From an uncultured Candidatus Saccharibacteria bacterium (GTDB lineage Bacteria > Patescibacteriota > Minisyncoccia > Phycocordibacterales > DATDWN01), in NCBI GenBank assembly GCA_964468795.1, contig CAYXWL010000014.1, positions 22,376 through 86,375 of the forward strand: a DNA stretch of 64,000 bases, given 5' to 3'. The first letter of the stretch is position 1. Every line of letters begins with the position of its first letter. The position numbers and the translations under genes are program-made. This document shows positions 45,634 through 54,349 of this stretch, one piece after another. A model generated the notes under the pieces. That model searched no databases, was not told the DNA's origin, and was given only the letters and a program-made list of their open reading frames with translations.

Positions 45634-47310
45634 ATGCCTACATTTGACGAAGAAAAGCAGAATAAAAGAGTTGAGGATTTGAGGAAGCAAGAAGAAGAAT
45701 TGCTTGCCCAGACTCTTTCAGCAAAATACGGAGTACCCTACCTTGACCTCACATCAACTCCTATAAACATAGATGCTTTGCGTGTTATAAGCGAACAGGA
45801 AACTATAGATGCTCAGATTGCCGTTTTCAACGAAGTTAATAAAGTTGTAAGTCTCGGCGCTCTCTCTCCCGAAAATCCAAAAACAAAAGAGGCCATCAAA
45901 AAAATTAGAGACAAAGGCTTCAGCGTCGAGGTTTACATGGTCTCTCATGCAAGCCTTAAAAAAGTCTGGGAAAGGTACAAGGACCTTTCTTATTCTTTTG
46001 AAACAAAGTCCGGCGCCTTGGATATTTCAAATGATCAGATCACGGAGTTCCTTTCTCAGGTTCACACAATCCCCGATGTTCAAAAGCTAATCAGCGATGT
46101 TTTGAACATGAAAAAAAGCTACAGAATTTCTAGAATAATGGAAATTATTCTGGCCGGCGCTATTGCAACAAACTCCTCCGACATACACCTCGAACCGCAA
46201 GAGGACTATGTGACATTGCGATACAGACTAGACGGAATCCTTACCGAAATCCTCCAGTTTGATTTGGAAACATTCAAGCTTCTAGCTTCACGAATCAAAC
46301 TTGTTTCAAACCTAAAGCTCAATGTCTATGGCGCTCAAGACGGGAGATTCAGCATAAAAATAAAAGATTCTGAAATTGAAATACGAACTTCCCTTCTGCC
46401 AGGAAATTTTGGCGAAGCTATCGTTCTTAGGGTGCTCAACCCGAACTCGATATCTGTACCGCTTGAAGATCTCGGTATTCATCCAAAACTTCTGCAGGTA
46501 ATCTTCAAAGAAATTGAAAAGCCAAAAGGCATGGTTATCATCACAGGACCTACGGGCTCTGGAAAGACCACGACTTTGTATGCTTTTTTAAAGAAAGTTC
46601 ACACACCAGAAGTAAAAGTAATCACTATTGAAAACCCGATCGAGTACCATTTAAACGGCATTGTCCAAACACAGACCAACGAAAAAAACAACTACGGCTT
46701 TGCCGATGGCCTTCGAAGCGCGTTAAGACAAGACCCTGATATAATCATGGTCGGTGAAATAAGAGATAGCGAAACAGCTAACACTGCTATAGATGCGGCT
46801 CTTACCGGACATTTGGTATTCTCTACCCTTCACACAAACACAGCTGCAGGAACTTTCCCTAGACTTATTGATCTTGATGTAAATCCAAAGATTATTTCTT
46901 CTGCGATAAACCTTGCAATGGCACAAAGGCTTGTAAGGAGACTCTGCCCTTACTGTAAAAAAGAAGTTCCAATTTCTAAAGAAGATAAGCAGATTGTAGA
47001 CGAAATAGTTTCAAAAATTCCCGACAAGGAATACTTAAGTGGTGTACAAACAGAAAATTATTTTGAAGCGGTTGGTTGTGATAAGTGCAATATGACAGGA
47101 TACAAAGGCAGAATAGGAATTCACGAAGCAATTAGAATAGATGCAAACATTGAAAATGTGGTTATAAACAACCCAAGTGAGAGAGAGATAAGAGCTGCTG
47201 CCAAAGGCCAGGGACTTTTGACATTAAGAGAAGATGGAATAGTAAAAGTTCTTACTGGCATCACAACTTTACCTGAACTGAGAAGAATTGTTGATATCGA
47301 GGAAGTCTAA
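45634..47310 (+). CDS. GspE/PulE/PilB-family type IV pilus assembly ATPase
   Basis: SDIHLEP, RYRLDG, QDGRF, GPTGSGKTTTLY, LRQDPDIIMVGEIRD, TGHLV.STLHTN, CxxC pairs. Confidence 0.95.
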   Translation: MPTFDEEKQNKRVEDLRKQEEELLAQTLSAKYGVPYLDLTSTPINIDALRVISEQETIDAQIAVFNEVNKVVSLGALSPENPKTKEAIKKIRDKGFSVEVYMVSHASLKKVWERYKDLSYSFETKSGALDISNDQITEFLSQVHTIPDVQKLISDVLNMKKSYRISRIMEIILAGAIATNSSDIHLEPQEDYVTLRYRLDGILTEILQFDLETFKLLASRIKLVSNLKLNVYGAQDGRFSIKIKDSEIEIRTSLLPGNFGEAIVLRVLNPNSISVPLEDLGIHPKLLQVIFKEIEKPKGMVIITGPTGSGKTTTLYAFLKKVHTPEVKVITIENPIEYHLNGIVQTQTNEKNNYGFADGLRSALRQDPDIIMVGEIRDSETANTAIDAALTGHLVFSTLHTNTAAGTFPRLIDLDVNPKIISSAINLAMAQRLVRRLCPYCKKEVPISKEDKQIVDEIVSKIPDKEYLSGVQTENYFEAVGCDKCNMTGYKGRIGIHEAIRIDANIENVVINNPSEREIRAAAKGQGLLTLREDGIVKVLTGITTLPELRRIVDIEEV

Positions 47311-47424
47311 TTTTTAAAAAAGCAAGTCTTTTTTTATTTGCCAGTTATTACCTTTGCAGGTGTAATGAATTATCCCCTTGCAGAAGGTACTTTGGTATGG
47401 ATAATTATTGGTAGATAAGCTACT

Positions 47425-47737
47425 CAAAACAAAAATCTCCCGTCTATTTTAGAGAGACGAGAGACTTCGTTCCAAGACATAAATCTCTAAGCAACACTTT
47501 TAATAATCGTACCAAAAGCTAAGTATTTCGCAAAGGATAATTCCAGTGTATTACACAAGGTAATAACCAGAATGTCCTCGCAGGAACACTCTTAAGCATA
47601 AAATGCTTAGTTGCTTAGAGATTTATATTTTGGAGCTAAAAATAAAACAGCCCCGCTAAGAAGGCTCTTATTAACTACCTCTTTTTTAAACTACTTATTT
47701 CACTGAAAAGTCTAGCATGAAAGATTTTTCGTGTCAA
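47425..47737 (-). ncRNA. Candidate structured non-coding transcript
   Basis: TTGACA-17-TAGACT promoter (47737-47709), ~25-bp closing stem 47471-47495/47610-47634, terminator-like hairpin at 47434-47466, no convincing ORF. Confidence 0.45.
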
Positions 47738-47784
47738 GTACTTATTTCATAGAAAAAGTTCTGCTGTGAGCTATAATTCTTGAT

Positions 47785-48810
47785 ATGGCAGAAAAGAAAA
47801 ATCACGAAAAGGGAGAAAGAGAGAATGCTGAACTAAAGGATTTCCTGTTTTTAGACACCACACTTAGACCAAATAAGTGGGATGAATACATAGGCCAGGA
47901 AAATATAAAGAAAAATCTTCACATACTTCTGACTGCTGCCAAAGAAAGGAACCACCCGCCGGAGCATATTTTGTTTTACGGCCCTCCTGGTCTGGGAAAA
48001 ACCACTCTTGCTCACCTCATAGCAAAGGAAACGAATGCTCAGATGAAAGTAACATCTGGACCTGCAATAGAAAAAGTCGGAGACTTAGCTTCAATCCTTA
48101 CAAACCTCTCCGCTGGAGACATACTTTTTATTGACGAGATACACAGACTAAACAAGGCAATCGAAGAAGTTCTCTACCCCGCAATGGAGTCAGGCACTCT
48201 CGATATTATTATAGGAAAAGGACCAAGTGCACGAACCATACAACTCGAATTGCCTCCATTTACCCTCATCGGGGCTACAACACGGATCGCCATGCTTTCC
48301 TCCCCATTACGTTCACGATTTGGTGGTGGAGTATTTAAGCTTGAGTTCTACACCAACGATGAGATACACAAGATAATCTCTAGATCTTCGGATATTTTGG
48401 GTATGAATCTAGATCACGAGGCTGGAAAAGAAATAGCCAAAAGATCAAGGTACACTCCACGAACTGCGAACTACTTTTTGAAAAGATGCAGAGACTTTGC
48501 TCAGGTTCACAAGACCGATTTGAACAAACAAACTGTTGATGAGGCACTCAAGCTTTTAGGGATAGACTCGGTAGGACTTTCACCTTCTGACAGAGACATA
48601 CTGCATTCTATTATAAATAAATTTGCCGGTGGCCCTGTTGGACTAAATACTCTGGCTGCAACTCTCGGAGAAGAGCAAGCAACAATTGAAGAGTTCAATG
48701 AGCCATATTTAATCCAGCTTGGTTTTTTGGAAAGGTCTCCGAGAGGAAGAATTGTGACTCAGCTTGGCTACGAACATTTAGGCCTCAAGGCACCCAACAC
48801 TTTGTTATAG
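47785..48810 (+). CDS. ruvB: Holliday junction branch migration helicase RuvB
   Basis: LRP...EYIGQ, GPPGLGKTTLA, FIDEIHRL, GATTR, GGPVGL, EPYL..GF..R.PRGR. Confidence 0.98.
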   Translation: MAEKKNHEKGERENAELKDFLFLDTTLRPNKWDEYIGQENIKKNLHILLTAAKERNHPPEHILFYGPPGLGKTTLAHLIAKETNAQMKVTSGPAIEKVGDLASILTNLSAGDILFIDEIHRLNKAIEEVLYPAMESGTLDIIIGKGPSARTIQLELPPFTLIGATTRIAMLSSPLRSRFGGGVFKLEFYTNDEIHKIISRSSDILGMNLDHEAGKEIAKRSRYTPRTANYFLKRCRDFAQVHKTDLNKQTVDEALKLLGIDSVGLSPSDRDILHSIINKFAGGPVGLNTLAATLGEEQATIEEFNEPYLIQLGFLERSPRGRIVTQLGYEHLGLKAPNTLL

Positions 48811-48903
48811 AATCTTAAATCTCTTTCTCGACATAATTTTTGATAGGCCAGACCCTACCCCTAACCCCTATAAAAAATTATGATCTCGACAAGATTTAAG
48901 ATT
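48811..48903 (+). repeat. Palindromic repeat family 2, short copy after ruvB
   Basis: aatcttaaatct...cataattttt / aaaaattatg...agatttaagatt. Confidence 0.55.
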
Positions 48904-48939
48904 CTTGATTCTTTATCCATAATTCTATATTCTTTCGAT

Positions 48940-49467
48940 ATGGCAGGACACAATAAATGGTCAAAAATTAAAAGACAGAAAGAAAAGACTGACGGTCAAA
49001 AGTCAAAAATTTTCGGCAAGATGGTAAAACTTATTTCAGTAGAGGCAAAAAAAGCTGGAGGAAATATTTCTTCACCTGGACTAAAGGCGGCGATAGAAAA
49101 AGCAAAATCAATGAACGTGCCGAACGACAACATTGAACGTGCAATCAAAAAGTCAGCAGAATCAAAAGAAATGGAAATGATAGTTTACGAGGCATACGGA
49201 CCAGGTGGATGTGCAATGATCATAGAAGCATTAACAGATGCAAAAAACCGAGCGAACCAAGAAATAAAAACTATTTTAGCCAGACACGAATGCGCCATGG
49301 CTGGGGTTGGCGCTGCGAGCTGGGCATTCACTCACAACATTGGCGAAGAATGGATTCCAACATCCACAGTTCCACTATCCGAAGAAGATGGAGAAAAACT
49401 TTCCGCGCTAATAGACGAACTTGAGGAAAATGATGAGGTGAATGATGTGTATACAAATGCTGAATAG
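48940..49467 (+). CDS. yebC: YebC/PmpR-family protein (short form)
   Basis: MAGHNKWSKIKRQK, NVP.DNIERAIKK, YE.YGPGG, LEE.D.V..VYTN. Confidence 0.93.
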   Translation: MAGHNKWSKIKRQKEKTDGQKSKIFGKMVKLISVEAKKAGGNISSPGLKAAIEKAKSMNVPNDNIERAIKKSAESKEMEMIVYEAYGPGGCAMIIEALTDAKNRANQEIKTILARHECAMAGVGAASWAFTHNIGEEWIPTSTVPLSEEDGEKLSALIDELEENDEVNDVYTNAE

Positions 49468-49591
49468 TAGAACCTTTAAATTTAGCGAACTTCTTCGTTG
49501 AACTTCAAAAAACTATTGCCACCTTATACTCGATAAGGCTCCTCAAATTTTTCTTGTTCGCCTCGAATTTCATCTAAATTTAAATGTTCTA
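49468..49591 (-). repeat. ERIC-like element, copy B
   Basis: 124 nt, TA ends, 18-bp terminal inverted repeat with one mismatch (tagaacctttaaatttag/ctaaatttaaatgttcta). Confidence 0.85.
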
Positions 49592-49608
49592 AATGCTAAA
49601 ATATTGAT

Positions 49609-50241
49609 ATGCAAATAACTTACGGACTCCCTCTACAAAAAATAAAATTTGTTATTGTTACAGACAACAACGAGCCTTTAGTAGAAATAAAAGAAACAGA
49701 AAAAATAAAATTGGATAAAACAAACAAAAATCTAATACCCCAAATCAGAATGACTGTATTGGATCTACTCATAAAAGCATCGACTAACTTACCGTCCGAA
49801 TATAAAATACTGGTCTCAACGGCATTTAGACCATATGAAATGCAAAAATGCATGTGGAGAAAACGACTTCTACAAATGGCAGTATTACATCCAATTAAAA
49901 TGATCTTAAATAACAAAGCCTGGAAGAAAGAAGCGGGTAGATACACAGCTCCACCAGGTGGGTCCTCACACCAATGTGGTGCGGCACTAGATGTAACTCT
50001 TTTATATAAAAATTCAAAGGTTGATATGGGAAGCACTCAAAACGACTTGGGAACAAAAGTTCACACTTTTAATAAAGAAATAAATATCGAACAAAAAGCT
50101 AACCGTGAAATGCTTTACAGGATAATGACTGAGGCTGGCTTTGCAAACTACCCTCTTGAATGGTGGCATTACTCATACGGAGACAGAATGTGGGCCGCGT
50201 ACACGGAAAAATCTGAAGCTTTCTATGGACCGATCAAATAA
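49609..50241 (+). CDS. D-Ala-D-Ala dipeptidase (M15/VanX-like)
   Basis: AFRP..Q, SSHQCGAALDVTL (SxHxxxxAxD), NR..L...M..AGF.NY..EWWHYSYGD. Confidence 0.9.
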   Translation: MQITYGLPLQKIKFVIVTDNNEPLVEIKETEKIKLDKTNKNLIPQIRMTVLDLLIKASTNLPSEYKILVSTAFRPYEMQKCMWRKRLLQMAVLHPIKMILNNKAWKKEAGRYTAPPGGSSHQCGAALDVTLLYKNSKVDMGSTQNDLGTKVHTFNKEINIEQKANREMLYRIMTEAGFANYPLEWWHYSYGDRMWAAYTEKSEAFYGPIK

Positions 50242-50242
50242 A

Positions 50243-50806
50243 ATGGATATTAAAAAAACTTCAAATTATATTTTTCTAAATGATGGCGAGAAAGAAAGCG
50301 ACTTAGCTTTTGTGTTTGGCACACATCTTTGCTTAAAACAATCAGTTGAAAAGGCTGTAGAACTTTATAAGAAAGGTCTCGTTCCAAAAATAATATTTAC
50401 CGGTGGTGCAAATGCAGAATCAAAGAAAATTGAAAGTGAAGAAATGAAGAACCTCGCATTAATCTTGGGAGTAAAAGAACAAGATATAATCACTGAAGAC
50501 AAATCAACAAACACTATGGAGAATGTGACTTTTGCGCTACCAATAATTGATAAAGAAATAGGTCTTGGCAAGATAAATAAAATTACAGTTGTTGTTAAAG
50601 ACTTTCATTCCAGACGGGCCGTGATGACACTTAGAAAATACTTACCCGAGCATATTAAAATTTTATCTGCCCCATACAAGTCAGAGGACTATCGATATAG
50701 CAAAGAAGTGTGGCATGAGACTGAAATTGGAAGGGAGAAAATTAATGAAGAAATTGATAAAATAAGATTGTATCTAGAAAAAGGACACCTAGCTGAGTTA
50801 AATTAA
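50243..50806 (+). CDS. YdcF/DUF218 (ElyC/SanA-like) protein
   Basis: FVFG, IIFTGG, E.E.M, EDKSTNTMEN, FHSRRA. Confidence 0.88.
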   Translation: MDIKKTSNYIFLNDGEKESDLAFVFGTHLCLKQSVEKAVELYKKGLVPKIIFTGGANAESKKIESEEMKNLALILGVKEQDIITEDKSTNTMENVTFALPIIDKEIGLGKINKITVVVKDFHSRRAVMTLRKYLPEHIKILSAPYKSEDYRYSKEVWHETEIGREKINEEIDKIRLYLEKGHLAELN

Positions 50807-51721
50807 ATGAAAGAAAATACAAATATAAGTAAAAAAATAGAAGAAGCAATAAAGAAGATTTCTCCAAAACCTTTTACTATTTCTGTTTCTGTAATAAACC
50901 TAAAAACACCAGAGCCCGCAATATCTGGATACAATATGGATGAATTTATCTATCCAGCAAGTATTTATAAAATTTTTATCGCAGCTGAAATACTTCGAAA
51001 GATTGACAAGAAAATCCTATCTTTAGATCAAATTGTAACTATAAGTGACCCTAATGAAGTAGATAAAAACATAAAGCTTTTCCCAAAGAGAAACCCTTAT
51101 CGCCCACTACTTCATGCTGGTGACAAAGTAACAATAGACTACTTGTTGGATCTAATGCTCACACGAAGCGACAACACCGCAGCAAACGAGCTTATGGATA
51201 TAGCTGGAAGAGAAGATATAAATCAAAATATTATTTTACCAAATGGTTGGAGCGGAAGTGATGTGACAAGAAAATTTATGAACAGACTCTTGGAACAAAA
51301 ACAGTATCAGAAATCATCTATAACTGTATCGACCACAAGACACATTTCAGAGTTTTTTTATAAAGTTGAAACAGGAAAACTAGTAAATCCTTGGGTTTCG
51401 AAAATGCTTAAAGACTATATGCTTCGCTGGGACAAGGGTGGAAAAACAGGATTACTAATACCAGAGTTCAAAAGCTACTATACCAAAGGTGGCTGGTTAC
51501 AGATAAACGGTTGGTCTTACAACTTTTTCAAAGCCGTAGTAAATATAATACGTAAAGGATACTGTGTTGTGACATGGAACAATGATGCTGGGGTTGTTGT
51601 CGGAGAAAAGTCCCACTATGCTATAGCTGTGATGTCACTTACAAAATCGCCCTTTCTTTGGGTAAAGTTTCCTCTGAATAAACTGTCAAAAGAAATTCAC
51701 GATATAATGGAGTCACAATAA
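50807..51721 (+). CDS. Class A beta-lactamase-like serine hydrolase
   Basis: PASIYK (SxxK), SDNTAAN, KGG; no clear signal peptide. Confidence 0.85.
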   Translation: MKENTNISKKIEEAIKKISPKPFTISVSVINLKTPEPAISGYNMDEFIYPASIYKIFIAAEILRKIDKKILSLDQIVTISDPNEVDKNIKLFPKRNPYRPLLHAGDKVTIDYLLDLMLTRSDNTAANELMDIAGREDINQNIILPNGWSGSDVTRKFMNRLLEQKQYQKSSITVSTTRHISEFFYKVETGKLVNPWVSKMLKDYMLRWDKGGKTGLLIPEFKSYYTKGGWLQINGWSYNFFKAVVNIIRKGYCVVTWNNDAGVVVGEKSHYAIAVMSLTKSPFLWVKFPLNKLSKEIHDIMESQ

Positions 51722-51722
51722 T

Positions 51723-52232
51723 ATGAAAATAATTTCTATAGACCCTGGGTACGAGAGACTTGGACTTGCAATAATCGAGAAAATTAAAAATAAAAAGGAA
51801 GAACTAGTTTTTTCTGAATGTTTTAAAACCTCCGCTAAACTCCCCCACAATGAGAGACTAGCTTTGATTGGAGACAGAATAAAAGAAATAATTAAAAAAT
51901 ATAAACCTGAAGCGCTCGCCACAGAAAAACTTTTCTTTTCTGGAAACCAGAAAACTGCAATGCTTGTAGCCGAGGCTCGTGGAGTAATACTTTACGCTGG
52001 GAGTTCATCAGGACTGCCTATTTTTGAATACACACCAAACGAAGTAAAAATTGCCATCACCGGTTACGGACGAAGCGAAAAAAAACAAATGATAGATATG
52101 GTCAAAAAACTTATAGTCGTCGATATCAACCAACCTCATCGGCTAGCAGGAAAAAGTAGCGACGACGAATTCGACGCAATAGCTATAGGTCTCACCCACT
52201 TTGCGATATATAGAACTTCCAAATCTGGCTAA
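51723..52232 (+). CDS. ruvC: Crossover junction endodeoxyribonuclease RuvC
   Basis: ISIDPG, EKLFF, EARGV, YTP.EVK..ITGYG..EK.Q, DD..DA.AI. Confidence 0.96.
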   Translation: MKIISIDPGYERLGLAIIEKIKNKKEELVFSECFKTSAKLPHNERLALIGDRIKEIIKKYKPEALATEKLFFSGNQKTAMLVAEARGVILYAGSSSGLPIFEYTPNEVKIAITGYGRSEKKQMIDMVKKLIVVDINQPHRLAGKSSDDEFDAIAIGLTHFAIYRTSKSG

Positions 52233-52335
52233 TTTCTGCGTTGGAATTTCAAAAATTCTCGTCACCTTATGCTCGATAAGGCTCCTCGCATTTTCTCATT
52301 CCGCCTTGAACTTAACTAAGATTGTGAAAGTTATA
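52211..52335 (-). repeat. ERIC-like element, copy C (supplies the ruvC stop codon)
   Basis: 125 nt, tagaactt...aagttata; caccttat.ctcgataaggctcctc core shared with copy B. Confidence 0.85.
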
Positions 52336-52504
52336 AAAATCTCGTTGAATCACATATTTTCGGAAGACCTCGCAGGCCTGAAGCATGGTTCTGTCAACGA
52401 CCGAGCACAGCGAGGCTCATTGACAGATTCAGGCCGAGAACAAAGAGAGCTTTCTGCTGGAAAAGCGAACGGTCTGGAAAAAATATGTGTGAAAAAGAGA
52501 TTTT
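52336..52504 (-). repeat. Palindromic repeat family 2, copy after lepA
   Basis: aaaatctc...gagatttt ends, cacatatttt/aaaatatgtg and nested stems. Confidence 0.65.
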
Positions 52505-52508
52505 GTGA

Positions 52509-54311
52509 CTATGACCTCATCATCTTCAAAAAAACGTCATGAGGAATATCCACAGTCCCCATTCCCCTCTCTTTCATCTTCTTCTTTCCCTTCTTCTGCT
52601 TTTCTCGCAGTTTCATCTTTCGAGTAATATCCCCTCCATACATATGCTGAGTCACATCCTTACTGAACGCCTTTACTGTTTCTGAAGAAATTATTCTACC
52701 CAGTGCTTTTGCTTGAACTTTCATAACGAACATTTGTCGTGGAAGTATTTTGTGTAGTTTCTCAACAGAAGATTTTGCTTCTTCTTCTACTATTCGTCTT
52801 GATATAACTTTTGAAAATGCTGGCACCACTTCATCGGCAACTAGGATATCCATACGCACAACATTTGCGTCACGCATTCCCTCTATCTCGTATGACATAG
52901 AAGCGAAACCACTAGAAGCACTTTTTAGTTTATCAAAAAAGTTTCGCATTAACTCTCGTAGTGGCATTTTCATAACAAGCCTTGTTCTATCCCCTCCAAA
53001 GTTTTCTGAGTCTTGTAGCTCCGCCTCGTGGTCATAGAAAAGTGGCATAAGGTTAGGAAGGAATCTTGATGGAGTGATGATAGTACAGTTTACCCAAGGC
53101 TCCCTTATGTTACTCAAAAGGCCCTCGTCAGGAAAATATGATGGTGAATATATTATTTCTGTCTTGCCAGACTTTGGACCACTTTTATATGTAACTTCAT
53201 ACGTGATAGTTGGCATTGTCACCACAAGGTCTAGATCAAACTCTCTGTGAAGTCTCTCTGTGATTATTTCAAGGTGTAGCATACCCAAAAATCCACAACG
53301 AAAACCACGACCTAGTGCACCTGATGACTCTTCTTCAAATGTAAAAGATGAGTCAGAAAGTTTTAGTTTCCCAAGCGATTGTTTCAATGTAGTAAAGTCA
53401 TCCTGACTTTCTGGGTATATAGACGCCCACACAACAGGTCTCGGCAACATATATCCGTGTAGTGGTGGATTTGTATCATTTATGCCTGCAACTGTGTCTC
53501 CCACAGAAGCTATACCTGGCTCCTTTATTCCTGTAACAATATAGCCTATCTCTCCTGCAGAAAGGGACTCGACAGGCTTTTCATCAGGAGAAAATATTCC
53601 AACCTCTATAGAGGTAAATTTTTCTTTTGATACCTTGAAAAGCAAAGGTGTGTTTCTTCTGACCTCCCCATTCATTACACGAACAAAAACGATTACACCT
53701 CGATGAGTTGAATATTTAAAATCAAATATGAGAGATTTAAAGCTATTGGAATCAGAGTATTTTTTTGGAGAAGGTATTTTTTTAATTATCTCTTGGAGTA
53801 AATTGTCTACACCCTCTCCCGTTTTACCCGAAGTATAAAGTATATCCTCTGGTAAACAATCCAAAAGTTTAATAACCTCTTCCTTTATCTCTTCTACCCT
53901 AGCTAAAGGAGAATCAACTTTTGAAAGCACAGGAATTATAGTAAGGCCAGCCTCACGCGCCATACCGAGGGTGGTAAGAGTTTGAGCCTGAACTCCTTGA
54001 GTTGCATCAACCAAGAGAATTGAGCCTTCTACAGCCTTTAGAGCTCGAGATACTTCGTATGAGAAATCTATGTGGCCAGGTGTATCAATAAGATTTAGAG
54101 TGTATTCCTTGCCTGAATGATTATACTTCATCCTTACAGGCTGCATCTTTATCGTAATACCCCTCTCCCTTTCAAGTTCCATTGAGTCCAAGACCTGATC
54201 CTGCATTTTGCGCGCTTCAATAGTGCCCGTTATCTCGAGCATTCTGTCAGCCAGGGTTGATTTTCCGTGGTCAATATGGGCAATGATTGAAAAATTTCTA
54301 ATATTTTCCAT
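52509..54311 (-). CDS. lepA: Elongation factor 4
   Basis: IRNFSIIAHIDHGKSTLADR, IDTPGH.DF, GFRCGFLGMLH, YGGDITRK.KL.EKQKKGK. Confidence 0.98.
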   Translation of the reverse strand: MENIRNFSIIAHIDHGKSTLADRMLEITGTIEARKMQDQVLDSMELERERGITIKMQPVRMKYNHSGKEYTLNLIDTPGHIDFSYEVSRALKAVEGSILLVDATQGVQAQTLTTLGMAREAGLTIIPVLSKVDSPLARVEEIKEEVIKLLDCLPEDILYTSGKTGEGVDNLLQEIIKKIPSPKKYSDSNSFKSLIFDFKYSTHRGVIVFVRVMNGEVRRNTPLLFKVSKEKFTSIEVGIFSPDEKPVESLSAGEIGYIVTGIKEPGIASVGDTVAGINDTNPPLHGYMLPRPVVWASIYPESQDDFTTLKQSLGKLKLSDSSFTFEEESSGALGRGFRCGFLGMLHLEIITERLHREFDLDLVVTMPTITYEVTYKSGPKSGKTEIIYSPSYFPDEGLLSNIREPWVNCTIITPSRFLPNLMPLFYDHEAELQDSENFGGDRTRLVMKMPLRELMRNFFDKLKSASSGFASMSYEIEGMRDANVVRMDILVADEVVPAFSKVISRRIVEEEAKSSVEKLHKILPRQMFVMKVQAKALGRIISSETVKAFSKDVTQHMYGGDITRKMKLREKQKKGKKKMKERGMGTVDIPHDVFLKMMRS

Positions 54312-54349
54312 GCCCCACTATTAAAGCACAATTGCCCCTCTAAACCAAC

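Noticed and set aside
47342-47570. Diversity-generating retroelement TR/VR pair
   Set aside because: Differences are indels rather than adenine-specific substitutions, neither copy is in a gene, and no reverse transcriptase is present.
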